Shown: positions 28,801-45,432 of the stretch, in pieces
Layout: each line of letters starts with the position of its first letter
How positions within the stretch are numbered: position 1 is the stretch's first letter
Source: Balanoglossus misakiensis
Taxonomy: Eukaryota; Animalia; Hemichordata
DNA length: 64,000 nt
Reading direction: 5' to 3'
NCBI GenBank assembly: GCA_040954595.2
Contig: CM082587.2
Coordinates: 1,579,000-1,642,999 of the forward strand
The notes under the pieces: model-generated
The model's input: only the letters and a program-made list of their open reading frames with translations
Database searches by the model: none
Told to the model about the DNA's origin: nothing
Position numbers and translations under genes: made by a program

Positions 28801-31800
28801 CTGCCTCTCGTGACAAAAATGCACGTTGTCATCATTCAGCAAAAACAAAATGATTCCATAGCAGCACGATTCCATCTTATACAGTGTCAATAAAAATTGA
28901 TGTGTACATGTAGACTGTCATTGTGATAAAGCTTTTACAGCATCCACCAATCACAGGAAGGGGAACATGTGAAGCATCCAAGTTAGAGTGTTGTTAGATG
29001 GCTCAGCATTGGTGATTGGTTGACTCTAGTTGTCTCTTTCTTTACAGGATGGGCTTGATCATAGAACGTACACCAAACAAACTGGTGGTCACAGAGCTTT
29101 GAACTGAACAAATTATTTTCAAAATATAAACTGACCATTCTCTATGAGGAGTTACTTTGTCCACACATTACACAAACTAAAAAAAACAATGAGGTCTTTG
29201 AAAGCAATTCTCATATATGTGATAAAACTCACCGCTATGCAGAAAACTGATAACCTTGTTCAAATAACAGAGTAACAGCTCACAGGGGAAAAAAACATTA
29301 AACAGAATTTCATATAAAAGCTATTTCTCTGATGTACATATGAAAAACAACTGATACAAATCCGCCTTAATTCCAATAAATTCCTATATTGGTGGATGGA
29401 AGGACAACATGTTTCCTTGACAACTGTGCCACCCACGGACATTTTTAAACACCATTTTAACTTATGGGCCCTGGTAAATTAGGCCAACCATATTTTGAGG
29501 CAATTTGTCTAGCATTACATTTATCTAATCTTATATAATATTATTCAATGGCTAATGTTTGTACATTAATAATGTTTTCCACTGAAGGACATCACGTCTA
29601 TTCAACTGTCTTTATGAAACTGATGTAACTACATTCTATTCTTGTATACAATGTAATTAAGTAGAATTATTGTCACTGAAAGGCGACTTTCTTTAATTTT
29701 CAATTTGACTGTTTTGGCTTTGTGATAAAAGCAACCAGTGTGGACACTCAGCTGACAGGTTATGTCTGCAGAGCTGGTCATCACCGTAATAAATCATTCC
29801 CAGAATTCCAACATTGGAAGCGGTCATCCTATATGCTTGACGTGGCATATGTAGTAAGTACCATGGGTGTACCAAGTACTAAAATTACAAGGACAGTTTT
29901 CCCATCAAGGTTTTCCTCTTAAAATACCCAAAGTCCCAAGTGGCCTTGTTTGTGGTTCAACCGAATCACTTCTTTGAGAAATATTCATCTAGTCTAAATG
30001 GTCATTTCCACAGTCTTTACTTGCACTCACTTGTTCACCATAGAATGAATAAACAAAATTACAAAAAATTAAAAATAGAAACAGATGCATCATATTCATG
30101 TGACCCATGGGAATTCAGAAATAGAATACAACATGTATGTTCTCTGATGCCCAGCCATCAATCGATAAAAACTAGAATAGGGGCAAATTATAGAGAGAGT
30201 TCAATGTTCTCGTTGCATTTCTCATGTAGATTTTCATGATTATAACAGAAAACCAATTGTGCCAGCAAAATCCACTTTATTCCCTGTATGCATTCTGGCA
30301 AACCCTTCAAAATCTGCAAACTGCATTTAAATACGGCCATAGATAGTATCTTTGTAAATACAAAATACTGGATTAATGAAACAAAGCTCGTTCCCTCCGC
30401 AATCTGATCTGATATATTTCTGACAAATTATCAGTGCACGTGGATAGGGCTCAAGGCAAGAATACTGACATACAGAATTAGACTTTTAGGTTTCCAGACA
30501 TGTCCATAAAAATATTACTTTAGATGAATTATGCAGCAAATATCATATGGTAGTAAAACAGCAATTTCTATTTCAATCACCGACCAAAGAAGAGATTCCT
30601 CAAGGAACTAGAATTTTTCAAGCAGTCTTCAGGGCTTAGTGATTGCTTTTGTAAAATATCCTACAACTTGTTCCAGTTCAATAGGATTACTGGTAGGATT
30701 AAATCATAAAAAATTATCTGTTTTACTCTAAAAAACACCCCTATAACTGTCTCAGTCACACTGGCTATTACATTTAGAGAAGACAATAGTCCATTATGGT
30801 CACTATTCCATTGTTATGCAAACTGGAATGGACAATCCCATAGCAGAAATTTCTGGGGAGATAAGGGAGTATGTTCAAGACAGTTTTTTTTCTGTTTCAT
30901 ATTTGATTACAGGGTATTGTGACAAAAAGCCTTTCTGAAAAAGTCAGAAAATAGAAAACACCAAAGGGTTAGAATACATTAAGAGACGGCAACCTGATTT
31001 TCTGACATCCCCACCCACCCCCATTCCAAGTCCTCTGAACCAAAGGTCAACATGTAAATGTAAAATGGTGGTATTTGGCCAATCATGGGCCTCCCTGGTA
31101 TTGGTCTAAAATACACCATCTCCCATCATACAATTTACATCTATTCTCAAAATTCTTTCTGGTATCAGTATTGAAAATCTATTGTGTGGAAAACCAGAGT
31201 TTCATCCAGGCAGTCAGGATGGTGTGATCCCCCCCCCCCCCCTGTTGAACATGTTGGCACCCCCTGGCAATGTGTCAAAGGGGCCAGTGCCCCCCTACAA
31301 TGATGTCACTCACACCTTGGAGATAATTTACAGTCCCCTTGCCAGAGTGAAATCCCCCAAAATATTCTGGCAACATGGACAACCCCCTGTTGATGCCATC
31401 TTAGATGGGGCCACTGCATTTCAATGGGAAGATGGGTAAAAATCACTCCTATCTATATTGTAAACTACAGTCCCTCCACTGTATACAAACCAAGGGTCCC
31501 AACTCAGACAAAATCCACCAGAAACATGACTACTACCATCATCAGTGTCCTGGCAGGGCCAACTATTGATCAAATACCAGCTTATGAGCAGTTAATCAAT
31601 GGCTATCAGATGTACAGTTAAGCTGTTAATGAGTGAAAATTGATTTTACAGCTAAATTAGTCTGATCATAAACCCTGGGTGAACTGAACAAATATCTACA
31701 CTGAAAAACTAATCAAACAGCAAAACTCAATGATCTATTTTATTTTGTCATGACTAATTACTTTCTTTTTCATGATGTTGCTGTTAGAACACAGGGTAAT

Positions 31801-32219
31801 CATGGCAGTACTCTAAAACAAGAATATGTGCATAATAAATTCATACCCCTATGTGTAAATTGTATAGCTGGTTTTGTGTGAACTGAATTTCCTTATTGAA
31901 CACCAGAATGCATTGCATGTCTACTCTGGCTACAGGACACCTAACTCTATGTGGCTTGTAATGGCCCTACTTTACACATTCACTTATTCAAATTCTTGTC
32001 AAAAGGCAGCTGTAACCAAGACAATGGAGCTCTGATTTCAGCCACTCTTCACAAATTTCATTTGCATAACAGCAGTACTACTTACTGAAAGAATTCACAC
32101 CCCTTTCAAAACAACTACATATCACATTTTTTCTTATATACCTTTAAGTTCCTAATAGACAGACGCAGTCTATGGCTTCACAGCATTGGTTACAATTACA
32201 ATGTAGATGTACATTTCAC

Positions 32220-32830
32220 AACAAAGTACCGCTACATTGTAGACTTGTCAGTTTCCGGGTTCGTGTTGAAAACGCTCGAAATAAACAACGTCACTCTCAG
32301 AGAAACTGACACCGACAGCCTGAGTGAAAATCTTAATATATAAATTGCCGTCATCTTTGGAAATCAACCTACTGGCAATCTTCACCACCTCGTTGACACT
32401 ACAGTCTATATCTCATTCATAAAATGCAAACGCACCAACGTAGCGTTGTCAATGTTAGAAATAAATACTAACCACAAACAAAGCTAACACAAGGTAGGTT
32501 TATTGAAAACGGATTTTAATACGGTGGATAATAACTAGTACCTATAGTTAATATTACACAAAAATGTCGATGTTTCAATCTCTCCATGGTTGGTTTTGTA
32601 CCCAGGATTCGTTGAATGCAAATTATACCCGCATATTATCCATACGGTACAGGCAGCTGACAGATACCAAAAATATTGTGTACCGGTCATCGTCGGTGGA
32701 AATGTACATTGTCAATATTAATACTTGGAAAAAAATTAAAAATACCTCGAAAAGCGTGCGGTAAGGACGAGAATTTGACGCACAACTGTACTATTTCCGG
32801 GAAACATTATGATCGGAACCACTTTGTATA
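32220..32830. promoter_or_regulatory. CpG-enriched probable promoter / 5' end of a minus-strand gene; possible micro first exon 32587-32542
   Basis: CpG density rises relative to 1-32 kb and there are CCGGAA-type motifs. An ATG in ACCATGG context reads MERLKHRHFCVILTI and is followed by a G|GTACTA donor. Confidence 0.35.
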
Positions 32831-34429
32831 TCGGGGTTTTATCCCACGGAGCAGACGATCATTCAATTTAAGCATATATATAGTACACATATGTACACCA
32901 CCATTGGGCACTTAATTTTTTTAAGTATGGGTTCTGTACTTACGTTTAACCGGTACACCTTCAGTGGAATGGCCTGGTATATTCAGAAGTATAGTAGTTA
33001 CAATAAGTATAGTCAGAACAATCTTCGAGGCCATTTTCTTCGTAAAATTATCCATACATTCCACGTATCAATGATGTTCACAATCGTTGTGCCTAGGCCT
33101 CCATGATAGTCCTCTGACGTCAGGATGTATACAGTGGAATTATGGGTAAATGTTAATAGCTGAAGAGACAGACGTCACGACCACCTGTGAAGGTGGACAT
33201 AACTTAATAACGATATTAATTTAACAATATTTTATCATTCCATTGTTAACACGATTTCAATTTGCGCAGTGAAAGCGAAATTATCCTAATAAATATATGT
33301 TTCAGTTACGGAACTTCACTGGTTCATATATATCACCTATCTATTCACATTAACATGTACATGTAATTAGGTATATACATGTACGCCTGACATGTACGTC
33401 ATAAACAACGTATAACTTCCTTTCACAAATTTGCTTTTTGTTGCTTCAGCCATCAATACATTGATCTAGCTTCATGTATCCTTCTCCGCAAGCTCAGAGC
33501 GTCACCATCATGTCATAAGCAAAGCGTCAACTAAAGGTGGCGTAGTACGATGCCATGGACTCGATCACAAATGATACTTGGACTTTGCATTTCTTAAAGA
33601 ATTCGAAAGCATCTTACGCATTGAAGATGAAACGGCAACTCCAACACTTCAATATCACAACGTCATCCATGTAATGCACTTTTTCTGAAGCAAATAGGGA
33701 TGCTAAAAATCGAACAACTTCCCCTTTTTAACATTTTATAAAGGTAAAGAACGTGAATACCAGTATACGTACATCTATCCAATTGTTGTCACATAGGCAT
33801 ATAGCAAACTTTCTGAAGAGGAAAGGGTATGCGAAATTTCAGTTACTGAAATAGTACTGTCCCTTAAATTAGTGAGAATAAGTGAAAACAGACAAGTTTG
33901 TAAACCAGAAATCAAGAAAAAAAGTGAAATTTATAATTTACATTTACGTGAACTCTGAGGTTCAACACTATAAGCACATCGTGATCAGATGATTTTCTCT
34001 GGGTCGTATATAATGGGACTGCTGTGTTTTTAATCAATACGAATACAAATACAAACGGCTGTAATAATAGAAATCGGATGGTAAAAATAACTATAAGGAA
34101 AGTAGTAACAGAACAGGGCAAGGTCCGGGTTCATCTTATGGGCGTGGGCTACAGCGCCATCAAACGATTTCGTTTATTATTACTTTGTTCATCACCATTA
34201 CGAAAACTCATTTGTTAGTGTGTCAGTCTTGCTTTCCATAAAATGTACTCAATTTTGTTAGCTGGGGGAAAGATTTTCAGAAAAACGATATTCCTCCCAT
34301 CCTTTCAATGAAATTTATTACCGTATCATATTTCATTCACATATTTAATCAATAATTTTGAAATCAATATCAGTCATCGACAAATGGTTTGCACTCGTCT
34401 CTACAGTACATCTGAAATCTTGCAGTCGA

Positions 34430-35533
34430 TTACGATTTGTCTGTAGAAGATTTTGTCTCTTGGCATTCCTTAACAAGATTTTCCAGGCTGAATAAATATG
34501 GATCTTCCCTTTCTGCTTCTTCCCGGATGAATTCAGCAAGCTTGAAAACATACTCGTCATTTCTCATCCCTGTCGTACCAACTGATTCCGCAATTACTTT
34601 GGCTGTGTTGTCTATCTTTTCAGGGCCTACATACTGTATCATATAGATACCATCTCTTGTTGCCACATTGTACACAGAGACTTCGAACGGGTGTTGACTT
34701 TCATCTTTGGGATAAAAAGTTGTCTTCACTGGAGGGTGAAGCTCTCTCTTCATGAGGTGTCCAAGAACATCTTGCGACTTGTCCTCTTCCAACTTGTATG
34801 CCACACCCCAAACCTCGCTCTGAAAAAAAATGTTTTTCGATTCTAAAATGACAATAGGGTAACTGGAAATAGGGATATCAAAATGGCATGTGCTATGCAC
34901 AACAATACCCTTTGTTTCTCTTTTGTTTCTCAATATAAAACAGTTCCGTGCACACACGAAGCTGGTCTCTTGTTCATATGAAAGAGTCACACGCAAAACT
35001 GACCTCCAATGAATCTTCAACCAGAGCTGCAACACGTCCAGGCTGAAAAAATACATCAATACCTATTATTCGACACGTTATTTTATTTGTTTCAGCCATC
35101 ATCATCATGATACTAGTAATCATCATCATCATACATTATCATCATCATCACCACCACCACCACCACCAACACCACCACCACCATCATCATCAGATGGCCT
35201 AATACACTGCAAAGGGATAGAGTTTGTATCTAGAACTTCTATAATATTGCACTTTATGCGTTGCTGTGGCTCCACAGTCCTACCACTCGACTGTATGTAT
35301 CGGGAATCAATGGTTTGGAACCCAAACAGCCAAAGGTGTGCAATGGTATAGGGCTAGATCCCAAGCCATGTATTGTAGGCCTATACCTATACCTTGTCTG
35401 GCGTTCCCCTGAATATAACACTCTCTTGCCAGAAACGAATACAGTATCCCTTCACGCAGCCGAGTATCTTATCCTTATACGTGAAGTCTGGTCTCCATAT
35501 TAACGACCCATACCCAAACAACCACATCTGCAT
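34430..35533 (-). CDS. CHAC2: ChaC-family glutathione-specific gamma-glutamylcyclotransferase (ChaC2-like), 3 exons, ~189 aa
   Basis: Exons 35533-35393 ([17 protein letters not shown]...[15 protein letters not shown]), 35042-35004 ([13 protein letters not shown]) and 34819-34430 ([10 protein letters not shown]...KRE...FYPKD...G.N.EYVFKLA...[12 protein letters not shown]). The [12 protein letters not shown] and VWGVAY signatures are present. Confidence 0.9.
35098..35191. repeat. (CAT)n/(CAC)n trinucleotide microsatellite in ChaC intron 1
   Basis: Visible catcatcat...caccaccac runs. Confidence 0.9.
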
Positions 35534-36128
35534 GATCTGATGGCCATTAAAAGGTCCAATCAACGTAAGTTACAGACGATATCCAGCTATACAGGTGCCT
35601 TAATTATGCTTAATCACTTCCGGTATATCCCTTATTTATTCTCGCGCAAGCGCAGACAATTCTACACACCGACATCTTCCCTTTATCTTCCACGGGAAAT
35701 TTAATATCGGCAACTATTTTAGATTCTGTTGCGTCGATTTCGATCCTCGATTTATAAAAACGAGCTCATGGTAAAGATTATTGAGCAGAGAAAGTTTTCC
35801 CCAGGGCTTGTTTGTTTTAAATCTCCAAAAGCCAGAAAGCTGAAACACTGACTGTCCGAAGTTTACTGAGACATCAGAACTGCTCATAGACAAGTCATTA
35901 TTATCATCGTTCACAAAGATTTAATAAATGCAATAGGCAAAATTACATGTGTTGGCAAAAAGTTTTACTAATACACTATGTGGCCAAAAGGAAGACCCTT
36001 TCTCTAATACCAGTAATTTCTCCCTCATATTCTCTCCGCATTTGGCCAGAATGTTTTTGGTAGTCTTTCTTAACATTTCTTCATTATTAATGTTCGCTTC
36101 ATCTCTCAGATGAGTTTGTGATTTCTGT

Positions 36129-37037
36129 TCATTGATACGGAATATTTGGGTTAGCATCTCTCACTTTCTTCCCGATTTCAGCGTCGAAAAGTTCACTTTG
36201 CGCAACGGTGAAATGATTCTTCCAATCACCAACAATTCCCTTTCGAACCCACGGGTTTTGTCCCTCTGGTATGGCTGTATGCTCCATATATAATATATCC
36301 GACGGTTTACTTTGTTTCATAGCCTCTACAGATGTGGTCGTCGCAACTCTTTGAATGTCTTCTTCACTTACAGGACGCTCAAGAAAACGCGCGATTTTCT
36401 TAATAGCTTTTGGTGGATCTTCCTTCACCTCTTCGTAGGTTACGTGGAGCACGTTGTCGTCAAGACCAAGTTTATACCACTCGATGACATGATCGGACCA
36501 TGGTGCGTGAGGGAACTTATCTTGTAAGAAATCTTTCACTGTCGCCTCCCAATTCCCAGGTGACATGACACCCTGTGCAAATGACTTCGAGAAATGGTGA
36601 AAAGAAGCACAGACATCTTTTGGATTTCGACTGATGTAGATCACTTTTGCGCCATTTTCTTTCATTTCTTGAAGAGGAAAAAATCTGGCTGCCAAGTGTG
36701 TTCTCATCAAACGTGGTGACGGGATGTCATCGATATCGACAGACGCCACTGCCTGTCGACGCAGTTCGCTGAAATGACCTGTCATTACGAAGTGTTCATC
36801 GATAAAAATCGGTTCCCCACGGCCCTTTCCATCGAAGTGACAAAGTCCCCAGTTACTGTACATAGACTGTACGACCTGTGTAAGCCAGTTGTTACCAGAC
36901 TTCGGGAACCCACAGATTACAACATCATTCGGCCGAAACTTACAGTCTTTCAGTCGACCGCTGGTTAGTTTCTCCTCATCAAAATACCGCGGGAGTGTGA
37001 TTCCATCTACTTTGACGTAATACCTGGATTCTGCCAT
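36129..37037 (-). CDS. Cytosolic sulfotransferase (SULT1-like fold), intronless, ~302 aa
   Basis: 5'-PSB loop GFPKSGNNW, catalytic-His motif PRLMRTHL, 3'-PB motif YISRNPKDVCAS, and C-terminal RKGIVGDWKNHFT. First ATG (MAESRYY) at 37037. Confidence 0.93.
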   Translation of the reverse strand: MAESRYYVKVDGITLPRYFDEEKLTSGRLKDCKFRPNDVVICGFPKSGNNWLTQVVQSMYSNWGLCHFDGKGRGEPIFIDEHFVMTGHFSELRRQAVASVDIDDIPSPRLMRTHLAARFFPLQEMKENGAKVIYISRNPKDVCASFHHFSKSFAQGVMSPGNWEATVKDFLQDKFPHAPWSDHVIEWYKLGLDDNVLHVTYEEVKEDPPKAIKKIARFLERPVSEEDIQRVATTTSVEAMKQSKPSDILYMEHTAIPEGQNPWVRKGIVGDWKNHFTVAQSELFDAEIGKKVRDANPNIPYQ

Positions 37038-37598
37038 CTCAAATTTTCCAAGCACTGGCAATCCGAGTGATTTTTGTGACCTCTTTTAAAGGGTGATCTT
37101 GTGTGACCTCGAGGTCTGCGCACTCAGGACAACAATGCAGTTGGCGCAACCAAGTTGACATGTTTAGACGATACTATCTGGTAATTTATGTGTTCAGGTT
37201 TAGAATGGCAATAGAAGTGAATCGATTTTGGTGGGCGTAGACTGCAGTTTAATGAAGTTTACAAAGATATAAATAGTTTTTCTACTGGAGGCAACAGGAC
37301 AGCATTATCATATACAGAGAACTACTGCACAAAGTTTGACTCTGAAAATGGCAAATATATACGTGATAACCTTTATTTCACTTCTGAATGACAAAGTAGC
37401 CATGGTACAGACGCCGTCAAGTGTTTTACTGCTTGACGAATTGTAGTCAAAATAAAACACGATATAAATTTCCTAAAAGTGACAGACAAATCCTTAACCT
37501 CAGTACAGTGAGTGTGAATTCATAGGAAAAAGCAAATTTGACAACATTTCTGTAAGAGATCAGCAGTTTTTAAAGCACTTCCTGATTTATAGAGAATT

Positions 37599-40500
37599 TC
37601 AATTTCTCGTTTTTCCTTTCTTCTTTGGAAGTTGTCGTTTCTCACTCATTCCTGTTTTCTTTGCCATCACTTTGCCAAATTTTCTTTTGTGAGAGTCCTG
37701 CGCCTTTTTCTTTGTTTCCATAGATGTCCTTTCCTGTTTGGTTTTCATTTTCTTGGGTTTTGTGTTTTCCATGTTCTTTCTCTTCCTCTTCAGTGACGGT
37801 TTCGTTGATTTGTGCGGGAAAAATTCTAGAAAAAGTATAAAGTGTGAGAAAATGAGTAAAATGACATGAGGTCTTGACATAAACCGCTGCTATAGCAACT
37901 GATAACAAACAACTCAAAATTTCCACTCCAAGTCTTTCCTGTTACAGGTATGGTTTTTACAAATCCATATATGGCAAGAGACGTCCATATATGGCAAGAC
38001 CCCCCCCCCCCCCCCCCATCTCCCCCAATGCCAGACAGAGATTTTAATACACCAGATTTTACCTGAATCCGGCTCTTCTCCGACTTCTTTCCGAAACCAC
38101 TCCGCATCATCCATGTCATCATCACTTGATTCATCACCATGTCTTGCACCTGAAATATTTATAATAGTACACCATCATTAGAAGTATGTTACATAGCTTA
38201 TGTGTTCCTCCAAAGGGTAGGTACAGCAGTGTGCACACCTTTATGTGCACTCGTGATGAATTCTAAAAAAAATCATGGAAATTGTCATGGAAACACAAAG
38301 GACATGATGTACTACTCACTAGCTGTAGGTGCCTCTACTTCACTGTCATCATCATTTTCTTCTGCCATTTTCTTTTTCATTCCACCCAACGATTTCTCCC
38401 TACAAACAAAGCATCACAAAAAAGAATGTTTTTCAAAGCCTCTAGACCGACAGACTCATCGTTGAGGGCGCTCTCAATAAGTATATGCTTTGACAATACA
38501 AGATTTCATTAAAGGTGAATTTCCCCAGCAAATTCATCCACTATGTTTTCATACTTATGTTTCTGTTTCAGCGTCTTCTTCTTCTCAACATTCTCTTCTT
38601 GCTGCTTTCTCCTGTTTGCTTTGATTATTCTGAGAAAAGTGAAAATAAAAACATAGTTGAGAGTACTTTGACTACCGTAATTAGCACATAGTGCAAACCC
38701 AAAACAGATAACTAGTCAGATAATGCAAAAAAATTACCGTTTCTTTTCTTTCTTCTTCTTAATTACAGCAATCTCTTCTTCTGTTTTTGTAACTGCAAAC
38801 ACAAACACAAGAATTTTGAATATTTTGTCCATTATAACCATCTTTCGCATGATATGGGGATATTTTACCAAGAGCCATTCCAAAATCTGAAACACCAGTA
38901 CTCACTGAATTCATGATGTAGGACTTCACCATCCCACAGTCCTTCTTCAATTTTCAGCAACTGCAATGTCATTCTTGGTCCTATCTGTTGGTAGATAACC
39001 AAAATATATACAGTCAATTTTCTTTTGAAAAATCATGCTTTTAAAGAACACACTCTGTTGTCTGCATGCCTGTCTAACATATCTGTCTCACCCACATAAC
39101 ATCTTCCCAGTGATCAGCACCTACCTCTATCAACCTGACAGCACTTTGTTGTGATGCAATATTTCCCCTGCTGTTCACGTTCTGTGGAAGTGTGACTTCA
39201 TTGTGAGGCCCGTCTTGTTCAGCTTCACTCTCAGACTGGTAACCAGGGCTAGTCCAAACAACAAATGTAACATGATTGCTGATTGGAAGACAATTCTGAA
39301 CTACAATTCAACTAACCAACTGAAGAACATCTTTAATTTTAACACAAACACAAATACAAAACACGTGTTTCTTGAATCTCTAAGAAATTACTTTTATGAG
39401 CACATAAAAGCATGACATCACACTTACTTGAGTAGATATTCACTGACATCATGATATCTGCCCATATTTGGAATTTTGGTCTGGATCAGTTTCTTGACAC
39501 CCTTGCTCATTCCAACAGGTACAACCTTTATTGAACTGTGGTGAAGATCATGGTATGGGTTTAAATACATTTACAATTACATATCAAACATAAAATAGTT
39601 CAACCAATGAAATGTAAGAATATTTTGTATATACTTACTAGTGCCTGAAATCGATAAGATTTGTATCAGCGTTGTAGTTAAAGAGGACACATCGTCTGAT
39701 ATGATTCAGCTGCACCTGAAGTGAAAATCAGAAAATAGATGGATTGATGTGAAGGACTGGTTTCTAGCAATGCTACTACCGGTAGCAATAAAACCTTCAT
39801 GTACATGATGCCATATCTTAATAACACAATCATTTAAAAACTTAGAGAAGAAATTAAAAAGAAGGACTCTTACTTTGTTGACATTGATTGATGGAAACAT
39901 ATTTTGAAACATGGTTGTCATGAGTTTGAAATGTAGCCCCTCCCTCGCAAAGTTGTTGAGCACTAACAGTGGATGATGTTGGAACTGTTCTGCATACATA
40001 CTGTGACGCTTCAAAGACGACACAACATCTTTACTCAAACAGTACTGAAAGAAAAAAAGACATAAATCGGTCAGTTTAGTGGTGTCCATCAGCCGCATTT
40101 CTTGGTGGCAACTTTGTGTCAGTGAAACACAGGCTCAGAAGTATACAAAGTGTTAGTTATTCATGGAGACAAATAATGAAATACTTACAGATTTTACTTT
40201 AAATGTAAGTGTCGGTCCCCTGGGAAGTCTTGCCACTTTCTGAAATGATTGACACAAAATTAGCCATTTCACAATAACACAATACTGTGGAGGACTAATC
40301 ATATACGGTATTTCTTTTAACAAAATTATGATTAGTTACTTGTCTCCAATACGGTACTATAAATGTGTTATGCTTTTTTTTCTTTCATCATCTGTGAAAG
40401 CAGATGATGATGATGACTTACAAAATTGATTCCCGTCTCTGACCGTGTAAATGCCAAGATATTGGTCACCCCTAGAGGGCCTGCCACACTCACAAAATCC

Positions 40501-41248
40501 TTCAGCACATTTTTCCTGTGAATCTGGAGAAGAAAAACCACATAATAGGCAAGGATTTGTATATCTAATATAGTAATATGTACCACCACAAACTGTATTG
40601 TATTTATAGATCACTGACCAGACAGTCATCGGACTGTGAATTCTCTCAGCAGTGAGACTTACCCTAAGACTTGATGCTGTGTATGGTTCCATGACTTTCC
40701 TTGTGTCAATCACAAGTTGCCTAATATTCCGTCCCACCAATCCACGGTGAAACACAAAGGAATGGGGTGCCCTGTTGACATCACTGTGTTCTATGATTTT
40801 GCTTGTGACCTTTGACTTCTTCTTTGCTTTACTCTATTACATGTATAAAAAACAACAGTGGCAGACTATTAAACAACATACCAAATCCTAGGGGGGTAGC
40901 TGTGGTAACGCAGCTGTAACGTTGGGGGAGGAGATACTGATTACCCCCAAGGACACTACCCCCGCCCCCAACTAGTACAGCTGCGTTACCATGGGAGAGG
41001 GGTAGCAACTCAAACCTACTCCCACACGTGGAACACATCACACTGGAGAATTGTAGCACAAAAATGACAGAATAACACATTTTCTTCTAGGTTTGGAGGT
41101 ACAGATCTGTCCATGGCGAAATTTACAACATCATCAACATGGACCTTGAATGGAGTCGAGCCGAGAGTTAGCTAGCTGCGATCTCGGAGCATATGGCTTA
41201 CTTCGATTATGTATGTGAACTAACCTTCCCTTTCTGTTTACGCGCCAT
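37599..41248 (-). CDS. PPAN: Peter pan / Ssf1 Brix-domain ribosome biogenesis protein, ~14 exons
   Basis: Exons include 41248-41225 (MARKQKGK), 40833-40663 (APHSFVFHRG...RKVMEPYTASSLR), 40523-40422 (KNVLKDFVSVAGPLGVT), 40239-40189 (RLPRGPTLTFKV), 40044-39874 (PLLVLNNF...MFQNMFPSINV), 39715-39639 (IDFRHY), 39535-39428, 39248-39125 (AVRLIE) and 38984-38906 (IGPRMTLQLLKIEEGL). Lys/Glu-rich 3' exons follow, including DDAEWFRKEVGEEPD. Confidence 0.95.
40903..40991. repeat. GC-rich inverted repeat (hairpin / MITE-like) in PPAN intron 1
   Basis: TGGTAACGCAGCTGTA (40903-40918) is the perfect reverse complement of TACAGCTGCGTTACCA (40976-40991). Inner GTTGGGGG / CCCCCAAC also pair. Confidence 0.8.
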
Positions 41249-42516
41249 TAATTTTTCTGGCAGTGGCTTTCGGCTGTGAAGATGAACGACTAACTGGCTG
41301 CCTCGACGTCTTCGATCACACGTGTGCTCGTTTATGTACTACGTCGTACCGGAACCAGTGTACCGGAACAGGAAGTCAGAATGTCGCCCTGCGCCACCAT
41401 GCAATCAAAATGATTAATCTTTCGTTTATTTAGTGAGTTAGGCAACCATTGTTGCAATAGGATTTATGCGAAAATAACCAAGCAAAAAGTCATTCAAAAC
41501 ATTTTACTCAGCGAATTTCCTCTCGTGTGTTGGCGATTTTATATTACTTCTGTGCCACTCAACATGTTTTTCCTTGTGAAGGAAATTATTGAGGAATGTA
41601 AAGTGGAAGAACAATTTTCTAGGACCTGTTGGAAAGGGACAACTTCCATGTGCTCATACAGTGAATGCACTACATAGTTTTTGTTTATATGCTTGATTTC
41701 ACGGGGATCACTCATACTATACATTATCATTAACATTTCATCAGCAACTTTACAGGAGACTGCATTCCTCCATTCAAAATATGTTTGCAATACACATTAT
41801 TTGGTTTTGGAAATGTTTATTCCAATAAAATATTTTTTTTTTCGTAAAGTTTTTAATTACAAATAGTCTCTGTTGAAAAAATGACAGACATGACAAGTGT
41901 GACATGAACAGGTGGAAACTACTCAATTGTATTTACTGTAATCAATACAGACTTAAGACTTGTACTTTGTAGGATCCAATATTTGCTGCATTATGAAAAA
42001 TTGATATTGTTTTAACTTCCCAAATGGACAGTCATCAAATTGATTCAAAATTAATGAAATAGCTCTTAATAAGGAAGTCCAGGACAATAAACATACTTGG
42101 CAGTAAATGTTCTTGCAAAGAAATTACATAGAGTTATTCTGTCTAATTTTGCAATGTAGCCATGAAACGAGTTTTTTCTAACATTGATAGGATGGATGCA
42201 GAAAGTTGTCACAAATGAAAAACGCAAAACATGAAAATTTACAGATGGACATAAAGACCTGAAAACATAACCAGTTCTCTCCCCTCCCTCTTCTAGTTCC
42301 CAATCACTGATTTTTGACACCAATATGCAAACGATTCATTCCTATACTCCAGTTCTTTTAAAAGAATTTTTATACACCTGGAAAGAAATGCATCTTTGCA
42401 TACGCACAATCAGAACGCAATGCTCATTCATGTCAAAATCACTCACGTGATTTCAACATAAATAGGCAAGACTTGAGATTGTTAGTTCCTTTTTTTCATA
42501 AAATTTGCATTTTCTC

Positions 42517-45432
<2,916 letters not shown>

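Noticed and set aside
31194-31418. GC-rich, C-tract segment as a MITE or as the 85-aa Pro-rich ORF
   Set aside because: The termini are only loosely inverted and there is no TSD. The ORF is explained by poly-C tracts. Probably a repeat remnant, but I cannot support a call.
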